DNA from: Lepidodermella squamata
Lineage: Eukaryota; Animalia; Gastrotricha
Assembly (NCBI GenBank): GCA_047495785.1
Contig: JBLDXI010000015.1
Coordinates: 310,001-374,000 of the forward strand
Direction: 5' to 3'
Length of the DNA: 64,000 nt
Part shown: in pieces, positions 23,113-36,980 of the stretch
How the letters are laid out: every line of letters begins with the position of its first letter
Position numbering within the stretch: the first letter of the stretch is position 1
Position numbers and translations under genes: made by a program
Notes under the pieces: generated by a model
What the model was told of the DNA's origin: nothing
What the model saw: only the letters and a program-made list of their open reading frames with translations
Database searches by the model: none

Positions 23113-24740
23113 TCACGAACAAGGAATTCCCAAAGTGAATTCGACGGCTAAGGCGAGTTCCGCGCGGCTAGATTCTGCTCCCCGCCGTTTTATAACAGCC
23201 GTGGCGCACTCGTCAACAACTCGCGCCGTAATCCCGATAAGATTTTCGACAATGGAACTTTGCATCCTCACACGACCGGAATTGGATCCATGTAGTTTCC
23301 AACAGGTCATTTCAAATGCCTTATCGACACAATCCCGTGCAGCTCGTAAATTCGCAGATGTTTCGACTTCATCTGGATCTAGGAATGTTTTTGAATCGGA
23401 AATCCAAATGAGTCACGTAATCATTTAATTTACTTTGCAAAAACAGTCGACATGGGAAGAGAGCTGCTTCGATGAGCGACGGGTTCCATTCTCCCATGGA
23501 ATCAGCAACTTTACTGCAAGAGGCATTAGCTGGCTATATAAATTGTAAACATTATGACGGACAACAAAATGAAATAACTTACTAAAAGTTCGGGGTTGCT
23601 TTCAAGAAAAAACGGAAGAATATCGTAATTCGCCAGTAAGCATCCGCCGGTGCCTGGAACAGCCGAGTAAGCGACCGTGATAAGTTTCCAGTTGCGAGCA
23701 AGCAGGGTATTAACTTCAGTCTGGCTCAAGTTGAAAGATTCTTGTGAAATGATTTGTATAGTTTTCATTATTGATTATGCCTAAACCTTCAAACCTTGAA
23801 TGTAATTCGAAAAATTCAAGCCGAGACGCCGTGGTTGCACTTCATTGGCAGCTAAAGAAAAATTGTAGTATTCGGGCTATTTCGTTATTTTGAGTCTCAC
23901 ATGTTCGAAGCCATGAAGCTGTAGCTGCACATCAATTGATTTTCTCACAGTTCCCTCAACTAGCGAATACTCCATAGCTGACGGGAATTTTTCTATTTCC
24001 ACTTCAGAGCCAACAAAAAATCTACCTATTATAGAAACCAGGCTTCAAAAAATACAGTGGGTTGCCATAATGTTTCGTACACCCCACAAAAACCGTGTTT
24101 TTCATCCCCAATGAAATCTCTTCAGCCTATATCAATGGGGCCCATAAATTATTACTAACAATTTTGTTCGGAGCAGTTTGAGCTCAAGAACTCGACAATC
24201 GGAGCAAAGGATAGGTCAGGGCATTATCGATTCGTCAACCGATTGATGCTGATTTCACATATATTGATTGATGGAATATTAGCGAATATTAGGATGATCC
24301 TAAATTTCCAGAGCAGCAAAGCTCGTGTCTTCTAATTAAATAGGCATTGCTGATTACTAATCCGAAAGCAGAACTCGAATACGAATTTCGACTGCAAAGT
24401 CGTATTCGAGTTCTGCTCTATCCGAACTGTTGCTCCACGTTCATAACTTACTTCGCATGCCTGCCTGCAGGCATCTATCAAAACGGCATTTCGTGCACAT
24501 AGACCGCCGCTTAGCCCGATCGTCCTGCAGTTCTGCAGCAGCCCTTGGTTCGTATTTATGATTGCATTCAAGTGACCGCCAAATCTCAGCATTTCGTCTG
24601 AAGAACTTGTGACAGGCCGAGCAAACTCGGGGTTGATGCGACTGCCGCCTCGGCACCGGAACGTCGCATGCTTTGCAGTTGAGGTAATTTTTCGTCGCTT
24701 TAGTGGCATTTGAAGATCCTGGTAAAATCCCCGTCGACAT
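23113..24740 (-). pseudogene. Nuclear receptor paralog 5, probably frameshifted in exon 3
   Basis: DBD (CSACHK..CNH) and exons 2, 4, 5 and 6 look intact. Exon 3 (~23851-23795) is 57 nt versus ~124 nt in paralogs and reads LPMKCNHGVSA-stop. Confidence 0.7.
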
Positions 24741-26214
24741 AGTGTGCTCTGATTCGAGATTTCAGGTAGAAGCCAGGGTACACAGGGTAGCTTATTGTTA
24801 AAGCTATTTAAAAAATGAAATCCGGATGTAAATCTTCGATTGCTTTGTATGACATTTTCGAGTAAAAAGACCTAAACTGTAAGAAGATGAATTGAGTTAG
24901 CAAGCATTTCTAAGGAATATCTATATCCGCGCGAGGCAAAATTCGACCGTAATCATAGAATAACTGAAACCCGGCCGTAACGTCTAATGGACCTATATAT
25001 GCTTCGCCGCAAACGTGATGCGAAATCAAGCCAGCTCGAATTCATTCTTGCCGTGTATGATGAAAGCTGACGGGACCAAGACTAAACTTCTGCATGGTAA
25101 TTTCGCGCGGTTGCGAAGTGCATGTTATCCATCGCGGCAACTCACGTGTGCCACTTATGGGATCGGAGGCGGGAAGTATTTTACTCATCAAGTACGCAGA
25201 CAAATTCTTTCGTACTCAGGCTCAAAGTGAACACATTGTTCGAACTCGAATAATTTTGGCGAGTTTCAGATCTGTGCCTGCTCACCTCAGTTCTAAGGAT
25301 CTATTCCGAGTTTCAATGAATATTTCAAGTTTTCGCGTTCCAGGCAGGAAAGTAGTATTCTCAAATTCAGAAATCCTTTCGCAATGTATTTCTCAACGAA
25401 ATATTAACCTAGGTATTTCGGAAAATAAACTTTGACACGACAACTTTGACGGACAGACTGACTTTGACTGGCCCGTCACGAAATAATGTGTTTTTCGTTT
25501 GCAAAGTGCTCGACTGTGATTTTAATCTTCAATATGCAGACAGCGATTCAAAATTCAAAAGTCTGAAGGCTAATTTAACGAAGCATATGCTGTGATTTCC
25601 TGTAATTAACACCTGCTTTTAAATGTAAAGTGCGTATGCTTGAAAAAATGCAATATAGCGATTTCTCGCGAAATTGATACGCGTTTTTCTGGCGGCTAAC
25701 TCTCACGTGTATACTTTTTTCAGACATTGTCGGGGCTTATATTTTGTATCGGTCAATAGTAAAATTTGAAACTTTTCCGGGGTAAAAAGGAGGATAATGA
25801 TGTACCAACTCATTACTACTAAGCCTATGATTTCCGCATCGATCTCCGCGACTAAACAACGCGCGATTCTTCACCATAATAAGTACAAATCGGACGGTGA
25901 CAAGCGAGACAAGTGAAAATCAACACTCTAACCGTTTTTATGTCAAAAAAGCGAGCAATTTGGTGCGCTCTTCACGTGGAGCAAGATTTTATTTCAGATT
26001 TGCCTCCGACGTGCAACGAGAGACCACGCCAGTAGCAAAACCAGCAGAACGCGACATATAACATGAGCTGGGGAAAAGTTAACATAATAAATTGAATTGA
26101 CTAACTTAGAAAGCTGATGGAATAGTAATAACAGTTTATGAGCTTAGAGGAAGCTCTGCCTAACGAACTGTATGAATGATTTGGTCATCGAGGTCTTGCT
26201 AGCGTTTCGTTAAA

Positions 26215-28564
26215 TCAAATAGCAATAATGCCAAGTGTGAATTTGACGCCGAGGGACAGCTCAGCTCGTCCGCTGGATTTGGCCCGACTCCTCAGCATTG
26301 ACGATGAACATTCGTCGAGCACGTGAGTGCTTATGCCGATGAGGTTCTCGACCACGTGAGCCTGGTGAATGACCTGTTGCGATTTCGAGCCATGAAGCTT
26401 GTGGCATATTGCAACGAAAGCTTTCTCAACGGATTCTCGTGCTGCGAGTAATTCAGGTGAATCATCCATTGCATTGGCGCCTTGAAACGAAAGATACAAA
26501 ATCTGAGGTATTTCGAACACAAAATTGACTGACTTCGTGCAATTTTTTAGTTACTCCCGACAATTCTTATGATGAATCCTTCAAAGAATCAGGATCATTG
26601 AAAAAAAACTGGATGAATCCTTCAAAGAATCAGGATTCAACCAGTTTTTTTTCAAGGACAGCTTTGGTGCGTAAATTATGTAAACTTGGGTACTATTTGT
26701 GGGTAGTGCTTGGAAATCTGTGATAGGAAATCTGGAAATAGGAAATCTTCGAAATTCTGGTGTGTGAATTTGTCCGCATTAGTACAGACCAAAGCTTACT
26801 TACACATCTTCAGTGTGAGACTTTCAGGGGAAAGAGGGGCTAATCCAAGAAAATCCACAGAAAATCCAAGCCCTGTATAGCTCTACTTCGTTTAGCGAAT
26901 TTTTCATTTGGGTTATTGCGGCGTGATATTTTTTTCCAATTGCTTGAGCATTCGTAGCATGAATTTACCTCGGAAAAGCAGCCGACAAGTGAACAGCGCG
27001 GCCTCGACGAGCTTTGGGTTCCATTTGCTCATTGCAGCCGCCAAGTTTTCTGCCGCAGCGCTTACTGGCTAGAAATAATTCTTGATACTGCCCATAGAAT
27101 GATATCTTAATCGAATGAACTTACGCGAAGGTCGGGGTAGTGATCGAGAAACATAGGTAAAATATCAGGATTCGCTAGCATGATGCAGTTATTTCCGGGC
27201 AGGACCGAGTAAGCCGCACAAATGTTCTTCCAGCCGCGAGCTAGAAGAGTTCGAACTGTAGATTCTTTCAAATGAAAGCAATCTGCGAACAAAACAGAGC
27301 ATAAATATGATGCATTACAATAAGTGATAAGAAACTGAAAACAAAACTGTTGACGGTGGGTAGGCTGAACATGTATCTTCCTAAGATGCTATCATGCAGC
27401 TTGTGAATTACGGGTTTACGAGAGGTCTAGCCAAAGAAAAAAATAAAAAAAGTTACCATTTTATTCTCATAAACCCGAGACTGAAAATACACAAACGTAA
27501 CCCCCTCGCCCTTCTTCCCAAAACCCCTTCGACCTTCGGCATCGCGGATCCCACTTCTTCCACTTGTAAGATATAGAACTACTCAGAATGCTTTGATTAT
27601 AATTATATTAGATGCTTTGAAATTGAAATCTACATCGTTTGCTGAGGTGAAATCTACTCCATCTACGGTTAGGTACATGTTTTAGTCCAGTTGGAACTTA
27701 CCTTGAATGCGGCTGGCAAAAACCCAACCCAGCTGCAAAATTCCCGAGATATTGCCGATCAGAAGCTGCGCAGTGAAGTCACTATTGCTCATTTGCTTCT
27801 TGCTGTACTGAAATCTCATCGGCAGCTAAAGAACATGGGTTTGAATAAATCATAGCTCATATCAAGCGCAGAACTAACATGTTCTAGACCGTGCAGCTGT
27901 AACTGCATCTCGATTGCTTTCCGCAGCGTGCCTTCTATTAGCGGAGAATCAGTTGTTGCAACTTCCAGGTTGATGTTCGCCGTTTCGGCATTGCGCTTTG
28001 TCGCCATAAATTTACCTGTAAAAATTGCTATTTTCAATACTTATTTGATAAAGCATTGACGCTAACGCATTCAATCTGCCGTAAAAATTGTTTTAAAAAA
28101 TGAGAATTAATCTGATCGGTTATTAGCAACGCAAATAAATCGAATGGCCAGGAATGTTTAAAAAAATGCATTTTTAGAACTTGGAAGTGAGCGCAACGTC
28201 GAAATTATTCCAGCAACAGTTCATTATAGCCCAAGCCAGCATTGCGATGATGTGAAGAATTGAACTTACTCCTCATTCCGGAGTTGATGCATCTCTCGAA
28301 GCGGCACTTCGTGCACATGCTGCGCCGCATGGCCGAGTTGGTCTGCAAGCCGCTGGCGTTGTCGTGCCGGTGGAGGCATCGTAGCGACTGCCAGTGCTCG
28401 GCGTTTCGCCTGAAAAACTTGTGACACGCGGAGCAAACTCGCGGCTGGTAATCGCGGCGCTTTGCCACTGGAAGGCCGCAGACGTTGCATCGGTGAGGCT
28501 TCTTTTCTTCAGCAGATTTTGATGCTACCATTTTGTCCCTATATTTCTGACTATTCTCCGGCAT
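26215..28564 (-). CDS. Divergent nuclear receptor, paralog 6 (six exons)
   Basis: DBD CNVC..CSACHKFFRR..CLH..CTKCRFERCINSGM. LBD exons ~28016-27880, 27824-27702, 27282-27125, 27068-26969 and 26481-26215. Confidence 0.87.
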
Positions 28565-29677
28565 TTTTCGACATCAATTTCTAAAACTCTGACAACTTTT
28601 TTATTTAGTTTTCCCGGCTTTTTGCCGAAAATTGCGCGGCTGCACACATGAACTTTGACACGATTGAAAAGACAGAATCAATGTCCTACTTATTTTCCTT
28701 GCTAATGATTCAAAGTTGTTGTGCTAGCAAAATTGGCTAATGCGAATCAAACCACGCAGCGCTTGGATTCCTTTTACATGTGCTTCAAATTTTATAAGTT
28801 GTCTCCTGCGCACACAGTACAAGTACTTGGGGACATAATTCAGTAGTGTATTGAATCCGACATGCACTTTCAGGAACGCCTGCTTTTAGCAGCTATTATT
28901 AAAACTTCGCTAGACAGTAAGCTGTGTTTTTTGCTCTTGTCCGTTCAGAGACACGTGGTAATTTTGTCCTCGCCAAGGACAACATGCGACATCTCACCTG
29001 ATTGACCTGAAAAATTGTGGGTTTTTTTAAATTTCACGCAGAAAAGGGATAAATAAAAGATTGAAAATGGAGTGAACATGTTCCTTCTTAATTTTCCGAG
29101 GTTTCTCGACTCACAGTTTCTGTTTAGGGCTATGCTGGTAGCTATAGTAGGTTGAAATCCGCCTTATTGTCCGGATTCAGGATTTAGGATTGTAGCCCTG
29201 ATGAGTGCAAGGATCTCTGGTTTCCCAAATGATTTCTCCATCGATAAAAGGCAAAATCTACTCGCCTACTCTATATCTTCTCTGCTTGAAGATTGAACGA
29301 CATTTCCTGTTGAAAAATGCATAGCGACGGGAATTGGAGTTTGAAAAACAAAAATTGCACGAGGCGGCTAGGCTTAACTTCGCAACCGATTATACTGACA
29401 TTTGTTGCTACTGGTGGACCTTTAATTTTCAAGAGAATTACGGACCTATTCAACCACTTTCGCCGACTTACATAGCAAACTTTTCGATCAACTTTTCGCC
29501 AGCATCAAGTGCGCGAGTAGGATCCTCGAACTTTTTTATTTTTGGGCCCTAATTTTGTGACCAAAGGATTTTCTCGGGGATTTTCTACTCCGGCCTGCCG
29601 AACTGGGGGGTACGACACCCTCATTCATCTCATGGGTTTTAAGAACAACAGTCAGATGCGCTTTGTCCTTTGTCCAC

Positions 29678-32600
29678 CTAACACATGGGTGCTTGAAATG
29701 AAGGAAAATGGGATGCGATCAGTGAGTAAATTTCCATTTCCTTGTCCCTTGTCCGGTCATGCCGGCCGATGGCGGAGGATTCTGGCATTATATCTATAAT
29801 TCTCACACCGCGTCTCGTTCTCCTTTTATTTTCCCGTTTAGCTTTGACAAACAGCAGTGATTCCGAGAATAAAGCGCCAAGGGTTATTTCTTCACTGGTG
29901 CAATTTTCTGCTTGCCGCCTCACAATCGCAGCCCCGCACTCATCGTTGATACGAGTAGCGATGCCGATCAGATGCTCTACGATCGACACTTGCTGCAACA
30001 CGCGCGGCGATTCACAACCTCGCATCTTCCAACGTATTGCAGTAAAGGCCCTTTCGATATTTGATTGAGTTGATAGCAAACCGGGAGATGATGAATTGAA
30101 TTCATTACACCCTATTGGTTAACAGCGTGTGAGATCTCGATCGATTATAGAGCACTAGCCAATGAATGCCTACCTTGGAAAAACAAACGACACGTGAACA
30201 ACGCCGTTTCGATGAACGATGGATTCCATTGGCTCATAGCGTTAGATACATGGATTTCTGATGCGTTTGCGGGCTGAAAAACGCAAAATTAAGAAATGAG
30301 AACTCTGCCTATGTTCGAACAGGAAGGGTTTGATAACTCACGTAATATCAAAATTTGAACATGAAAGCGTACCAGAAGCTCTGGGCTATGCTCCAGTAAA
30401 CTCGGCAAAATGCTGGCATTAGCTAGCAAGCTGCCGCCTGTGCCCGGCAGCGCCGAGTAGGCGACAGTAATGCCCTTCCAGTTACGAGATATTAGATGCT
30501 GGACCTCCATTTCGCACAAGTTGAAGGATTCTGATAAAGAATAAAGAGAGTGGATTTTTATCGTTCAGTTTCTCTATTTGGCAGCTCACTCACCCTTGAC
30601 GTGAATCGCAAACAAGCCACCGATATTCATGATGCCCACAACGTTGCCAATCATAAGTTTCTTAAGAAATTCATCAATTCGATAATCGCTTAACCTATCG
30701 GTGCATTTCATCGGCAGCTATAGCATATGTATATTAGCTCATCAAGCCACCTGCAACCAATTATCAAGACATACGTGTTCTAGACCGTGAAGTTGCAGCT
30801 GCGCGTCGATCGCTTGCTTCAATGTCGTCTCGATCGCTGAAGTGTTGCGATCGCTTGGAAACTGGCCGATCGGAATTATCGTTGAATCAGGGTTTTCATC
30901 TGCTAGAAATTTGCCTGAAAATGGAAAAATTTAGGTTTGTAGCTCTTGTACTCTCATGAATGTCCCTAAAATTCTTCCTCACTTATATCACTGAAAACAT
31001 TAAATTTGAAAAGTTTCAAAGGCTCAGCATTCAGATCTAAATTCAGTATTCCCAGTTTTACCTCGCGACATTTTCTGTCAGCATCAGGAAGATGGTTTTC
31101 TTCTCCTTTTCTTTCATCGTTAAATTGGCTGATGGGCTATTATTAAGCCTTAAGCTCCAAGCTCGATACTCGAAAAAATGCTTGCGCAGTGAGCCTTCTA
31201 ATTTACATATGCATAGTCGAAAAAATAACAAATCGCATCAAATTGAGTATAACAATTATTTTAATCCGCCTAGTCACTGGAGCCCAAATTTCAAGTTTTA
31301 AGTTTCAAGTCAACAGCGGTGAAAGCATTTGACTAGGGTGCCGAGGTCACAAGACTCTCCTCAGCCTAGCGGCATTTGTTTGTTCTGTCAACAGGTGGTA
31401 TCAGCTTTGTGCTCCGTTCGCTCTTGACGCTCTTGAGGACTCAAGCCTTAATCCTGTGTTGTGGGTACAGTTAAAATTATTTATGCTTTATAAGACGCGA
31501 AACTAGAGAAATCACAGCAATAAATAAGACATTTAGTTTCAGTTAGCTTTTAAAATAATTGATTGCTGGTTGCTGGCTTTTGCAGTATAAATGTTCAAAA
31601 TAGAAGAAATAGCGAAAAATCAACAATGAAGTCATGCGTAATTGAAATTATCGGTCTATGGCCTTCGGTCTTGAACGAAATACCTACTTGTGATTTTGGT
31701 CTTGGTTTTGGTCTCAGTTTCAAGCAGAAAGTATGGCCTTGGGCTAGGCATAGGACCGAAAAGTCTGCCCCGTAGCTAACAGCGAAAAGCAATACTCCTC
31801 AAAAGGGCGATCAAGAATTTATCAAATTCAATTTTCTGCAAATTTTCAAAGTTAAAATTCCGAAATCGTCCGTCCCGCCCGCTAGCGTTTAGGCATAACC
31901 CTCCATTTGACGGTAACTCCATCTCGCCGTTGTTCTGAAGTTGCGGTAAATATTTACTGTAAACGGCACTACACTGCGACACTAAAGACTAAAGCATGCC
32001 AATACTGCATGCGGTAAAATTAATTTCTCAAGAGTAAGTTCAGCTCATATTATGGAGGAACAGAAACGGGGTTGGAATTGCGCGCCGCTACAAATGATTA
32101 TCTGATGGGGCACACGCGCAGCCGCTCGCGTACTTGTAATATTGCGTGTTACGCAACCGCTGTAGTCAGGGTGCGATCTTCGATCCCGGAGCTGCCGGGG
32201 ATGGACATTTTTTGTTGCTGTATTTGCCAAAATGACAAGTCATTTATACTAAAAACCGAGCGAAGCGAGAACATTTTGAAAATTTCTCACTAAAACATGC
32301 TCCACAACCTCTCAAAATTAACAAAACAGTGGGATAAATTCTCATTTTGTTGTCTGGCCCGGCCGAGCTGGGAGGGATGATCCCCCCCATCCCCCCTGAA
32401 AGTCGCACACAGGCTGTAGTGCATGTCTTCCAATGCAAGTTGAGAATTTGACGCGTTACCATGATTTGCGAGGAGACTCTCATCTTTGGTGTTCTAATTC
32501 AAAACTGAAGAACAAAAATGATGGTAACAGACCAACTTCAAAATGAATGATTAGTTTTGATTCGGAATTTCTGATTCGATACAGATACAAAGCTGAGAGT

Positions 32601-32934
32601 AGTAATCTGCACGGTTCCCATTTCACTTACTTCTCATGCCAGCCCGAATGCATCTTTCAAATCGGCATTTTGCGCACATGAACCGTCGCATGGCTCTGCT
32701 GTCTTGAAGTCCATCAGCATGCGTTAGCTCGTGGTTGCAGTTCAGCGATTGCCAACTTTCAGCATGGCGCCTGAAAAACTTGCGGCAGGCGGAGCACACC
32801 CGCGGCTGATATCCGCGACGTTTCCGAACTGCGAGACCACAAACTTGGCAGCGAGCCTTCTCTTCAGGCCTTTCTGACCCTGAAGACCGCTTCATCTTTG
32901 CGCCATCGTATGCTGCTTGTTCTTCAAATGCCAT
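29678..32934 (-). CDS. Divergent nuclear receptor, paralog 7 (long first intron, extended C-terminus)
   Basis: DBD exon 32934-32631 (CSACRK..CNH..CAKC). LBD exons ~30914-30775, 30717-30594, 30529-30372, 30273-30174 and 30111-29678. Confidence 0.8.
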
Positions 32935-33788
32935 TCGATCAGGCGAAAACGAGCAATAAATTGACTGTCGCTGAGCAAATATTTCAATCTTTTTCAGGTT
33001 TAAATATTGTAGCTGATCACTTATCCTCGACATTTTGCTTTTCTTCTGGGACATGTAATTTGCGTCGAATCAAATCATATCTGTTTGCCAGTTATCCGCT
33101 CTGTTCGTCCTATTAGGATTAGATTAACACAGCAGATGTGGCGGATCAATCATCTTCGGAAAGCGGACGGCTGCTGGCATTTGTTCTGGTTTTTCGACGA
33201 AGCGGCGCAAAAACGACCAATTCGATATATAATTGTCAGACATTTAAGCTTGAAAATATTTCGCATGTTTTTTTAAGCCCCGACAAGCAGAGTACCGGAG
33301 GAAAGCATGTCGGAGGAATTGATGTTTAAAACTACTAGCAACAGAATGGAGACTGGAAAAATACTGTATTTAATCAAAATTAATCTAATTTAATCTAATC
33401 AAAATTTAGGTCTGAAAGTTTTGGATAACCGCCGTGAATGACATTCGCACAGGCGGTGCTAACGTGCTAGTGGAAGACTATCAGGTCAGGCCAGGTCATG
33501 GAGCTAGTTTTATGATAGAGGTCCTAATCCTGACAAAGCCTGTCAACGTTAGCCATAAATAGCAAAAATAAGGGAAAAACTTTCACAGCAAATTTCTAAC
33601 TTCTTCGAATTGACAAAGTACAAAACACTAATACGGAACGCGATATGCTCCTTTATTCCAGTTTTTCAGTTTTTTACCTCGAGTCTCGAGTCGCAATCAA
33701 TTGATAACAACATAGGGCTTATCCGTAGCCACATACTCATAGAATCAGCATCATTATTAGTAGCTACACAAAACAAATTTAAGTCAAG

Positions 33789-35766
33789 TCAAGTCGATGA
33801 AATTCCAAGCGGAAGCTCTTTGCGGTCGAATGATTTTTCGTTTCGGCGCAACACAGCGATCAAGCACTCTTCAAGAAGGCTTGACCCGACAGCGATGAGG
33901 TTTTCAACCACCGAAACGCGGTGAAGGACCGGCGATGTTTCAGAGCCGTGGAGCTTTTGAGAAACAATATGAAAAGCTGAATCGACACATTTCCGCGCTG
34001 CCCGCACGCCCGGCGACTCGTCAGTTGCGGAGGAGCCTGGAACCATACATTGATGGTTGAAAACAAAAGTAAACCAAGTTCTATTGATTCACTGAGAAAT
34101 CCCGAACAAACCATGGAAGAAAAGCCGGCAGGTAAACAAAGCAGCTTCGATAAGGGTTGGATTCCACAACCTGATAGCATTCGCTGTGTTTGCTGCAGGA
34201 GTGCTTAAAGCCTGCAAAATGCAAGAAAATTAGAGATGTACAAAAACCAAAAACTTGACGAAATTGATTGGCGAAGTTTGGATTTCCGACTTAATTTCTG
34301 TAACTCGCCTGAAATTCTGGGTTTGCCGCAAGAAAAATTGGTAGCAGTTGAGGACTAGTTAACATGCATCCGTCTGTGCCAGGTAAAGCTGAATATGCGG
34401 ATACAACGTGTTTCCAGTTTCGCAAAATCAGTCTCTCAACTTCGGGCTGGCTTAATCTGAAAGATTCTTCAAGAATATGCTGCTGTTATACAAGTAGCAA
34501 ATTTTAGTTGCATCACTCACCTCTTATGTGGTTCGCGAAAGGGATGCTAAGTTTCATGGTCTCGGCAATGTTACCGAACATCAATTTCATAATGTCTATC
34601 CTCGGCAGTTCCTCTTTGCTGTACTGGCGTTTCAAGGGCAGCTAACAAATAACAAAGATCATAGAGTAAGCATTGAACAGTTTTAGGGTACGAATTCACA
34701 TGTTCGAGGCCATGAAGCTGCAGCTGAATGTCGATCGACTTCTTCAAAGTTTCCTCGACGAGAGACATTTCATCAGTTTTCAAACCGGTGTCAACTTTTG
34801 GCGCAAGTATCAAAGAATCACTCACCAGATATTTACCTAAAAAGTATACAAAATTGAAAGTATCTTGATTTTCTTAGCTATGGATGACTATATTAAAAAA
34901 CCACACTGGTGGCATAGTGCTTTAGCTCCACTATTATGCATGGTGCCGTGAGTGCTGTGCCTTGCGGCCGCATTTCTTTTTTTGACCGTTATCGCGCACA
35001 TTTGCAAAATAATACTTGCCAACTATAGATAGCTTCTTGAATTATGAAAGTTACTTGTGATCGGGGTTCTTTTATTGTTCATTATTCAAGCGAGGCAGCA
35101 AAGAATCTCGCGCATCATTCGTGTGGAAAACCCGGTTTGTAGCCAAAATTCAAGGTATGAAGTTAGAAGTTTTTTGATCATTTTGAGGAGGATCTGGGAC
35201 TATTTTCATAATGTAAAAATGGGGAAATTTTACATTTTAGTTTTTGGTTTCATATTTTATATGAAAATAAAAGCATTTAAAAGCATTAGGCTACTAGCAT
35301 ACTTCAGGCTATAATCAATCAAGCTTCAAGTTTTGAAATGCTCAACATTTCTTGAATAATTATTGGAATACTAAAATACTGAATGGACATCGTTGATGAT
35401 TTTCTGGGTGCTTAGTGCGTTTTTCAATGCTTAGCGTGGGAAATTGGGACAGCAATGATACATTTTGAACTTACTTCTCATTCCTGCTTGGATGCACCTC
35501 TCAAAACGGCATTTCGCGCACATGCTACGCCGCATGGCACGGCTGATTTGCCGCTCGCCAGAAAAAGCGCCGTGCTTGTGGTAGCATTGCAGCGACTGCC
35601 AATGCTCGACATTGCGCCGGAAGAATTTGTGACATGCAGAGCAGACTTTGGCCCGATAAGCGCCATGTTTCGCCACTTCAAGGCCGCAAACGTTACAGTT
35701 CTTTGGATCAGGTACTCGTTCTGCCTTTTCGAGCGAATCTAGCGTTGAAGTGACTTCGCATGACAT
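33789..35766 (-). CDS. Divergent nuclear receptor, paralog 8 (six exons, one GC-AG intron)
   Basis: DBD CNVC..CSACHK..CYH..CAKC. Exons ~35766-35474, 34836-34700, 34640-34521, 34466-34309, 34211-34112 and ~34038-33789. Confidence 0.85.
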
Positions 35767-36444
35767 TTCAATTACCTCTAAGAAGCACTAATTTAAGAGA
35801 TCAAATGTATGCAATTACATGCAGCATTATAATGTGATGTTTCCAGCGATAAATGACGCACAAATCAATGTAAATTTGAGGCCAATCCGGCCAAATTTTT
35901 CGATTGCGGCACGTGTCTCGGAAAAAAATCATGAATGAATACTCAAGCCTTTCGAAAATACGTGAATACCGTGCTATTTCATGAACGAATCACTATGATA
36001 ACCCGTTATATACACGAGAAAAAAATGGTCCGAAATCAGGGGATGCTCCATCTGAATTCAGAAGTATTCCTTTAAGTTACTACTATAACCATCTCGGTGA
36101 TAGTAATACTGGCTGCCGGGCTGTCCAGGGTGGAGAATCTCTGACCACGGTTACTCTGATAGGGTCACGGAACCTCGGAGGGTCCTGAAGCAGTTAGCTT
36201 GCTGCCTGGATCAACCAGGTTCTTGAATTTTCAAAATACAAATATATGAAAACTGCGAGATCATTGATTACCGACAAATAAATAGAATAACTCACTTCTT
36301 TTTGTACATCACTACGTCCGCCAGCAAGGTCATCACATCGTAGAAGTAGGCGAAGCGGACGGTCCTCTCAGCTGCCGAGCCGCTCGACATGTACTGCTCG
36401 TGGCATTTGGTGAAGCGTGAAGCGATCGCATGTCCCACTTTCAC

Positions 36445-36572
36445 GAACCAAATCAATCAAATCAAATCACTGACAACGATAAATCACACATCAGGATTTT
36501 CGCCAATCTGGGAGGTTTGAAAATTCAAAAATAGCGCGTCTTTGAAACTGCTTTCCATTTCCAAAGCAAATA
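36445..36572 (-). repeat. Internal fragment of the hAT MITE family
   Basis: Reverse-complement similarity to 21305-21450 (aaatcaatcaaatcaaatca...tttccaaagcaaa). Confidence 0.6.
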
Positions 36573-36828
36573 TACCGTAGTACTGCCCGAAGTGTTGGGC
36601 TTGACCTTCAATTTTTTCAAAACAAGTCGAAACTCCAAATCATATTTGAGTCCGCCCGTTATTTGAGGCCTGACCCTTATTATTTCGAATCATTCTCAAC
36701 TCACCACGTGCCACTATACAACGCTTTCCAAATAGATTGCCATATGCTCGGTTTTTCAACCCGAGGAAAGTTTTAGGAGGATTTGGGAAATCTTCAAAAT
36801 GTTCTCGTTTCGCTAAATGCTGATTTAA

Positions 36829-36980
36829 TTAAAGCAGAGACTGCCAGTGCTCAGCGTGGCGTCTGAAGAACTTGTGACACGCCGAGCAAACTCGCGGCTG
36901 GCAATTTCGCTGCTTTGCCACTGGAAGTCCACAGACGTTGCATCTGTGAGGCTTCACTTTATCCCCAGATTTCGACATTC
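36829..36980 (-). pseudogene. Truncated NR DBD (first zinc finger only)
   Basis: KPHRCNVCGLPVAKQRNCQPRVCSACHKFFRRHAEHWQSLL-stop; similarity ends just before finger 2 and no LBD exons follow. Confidence 0.8.
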
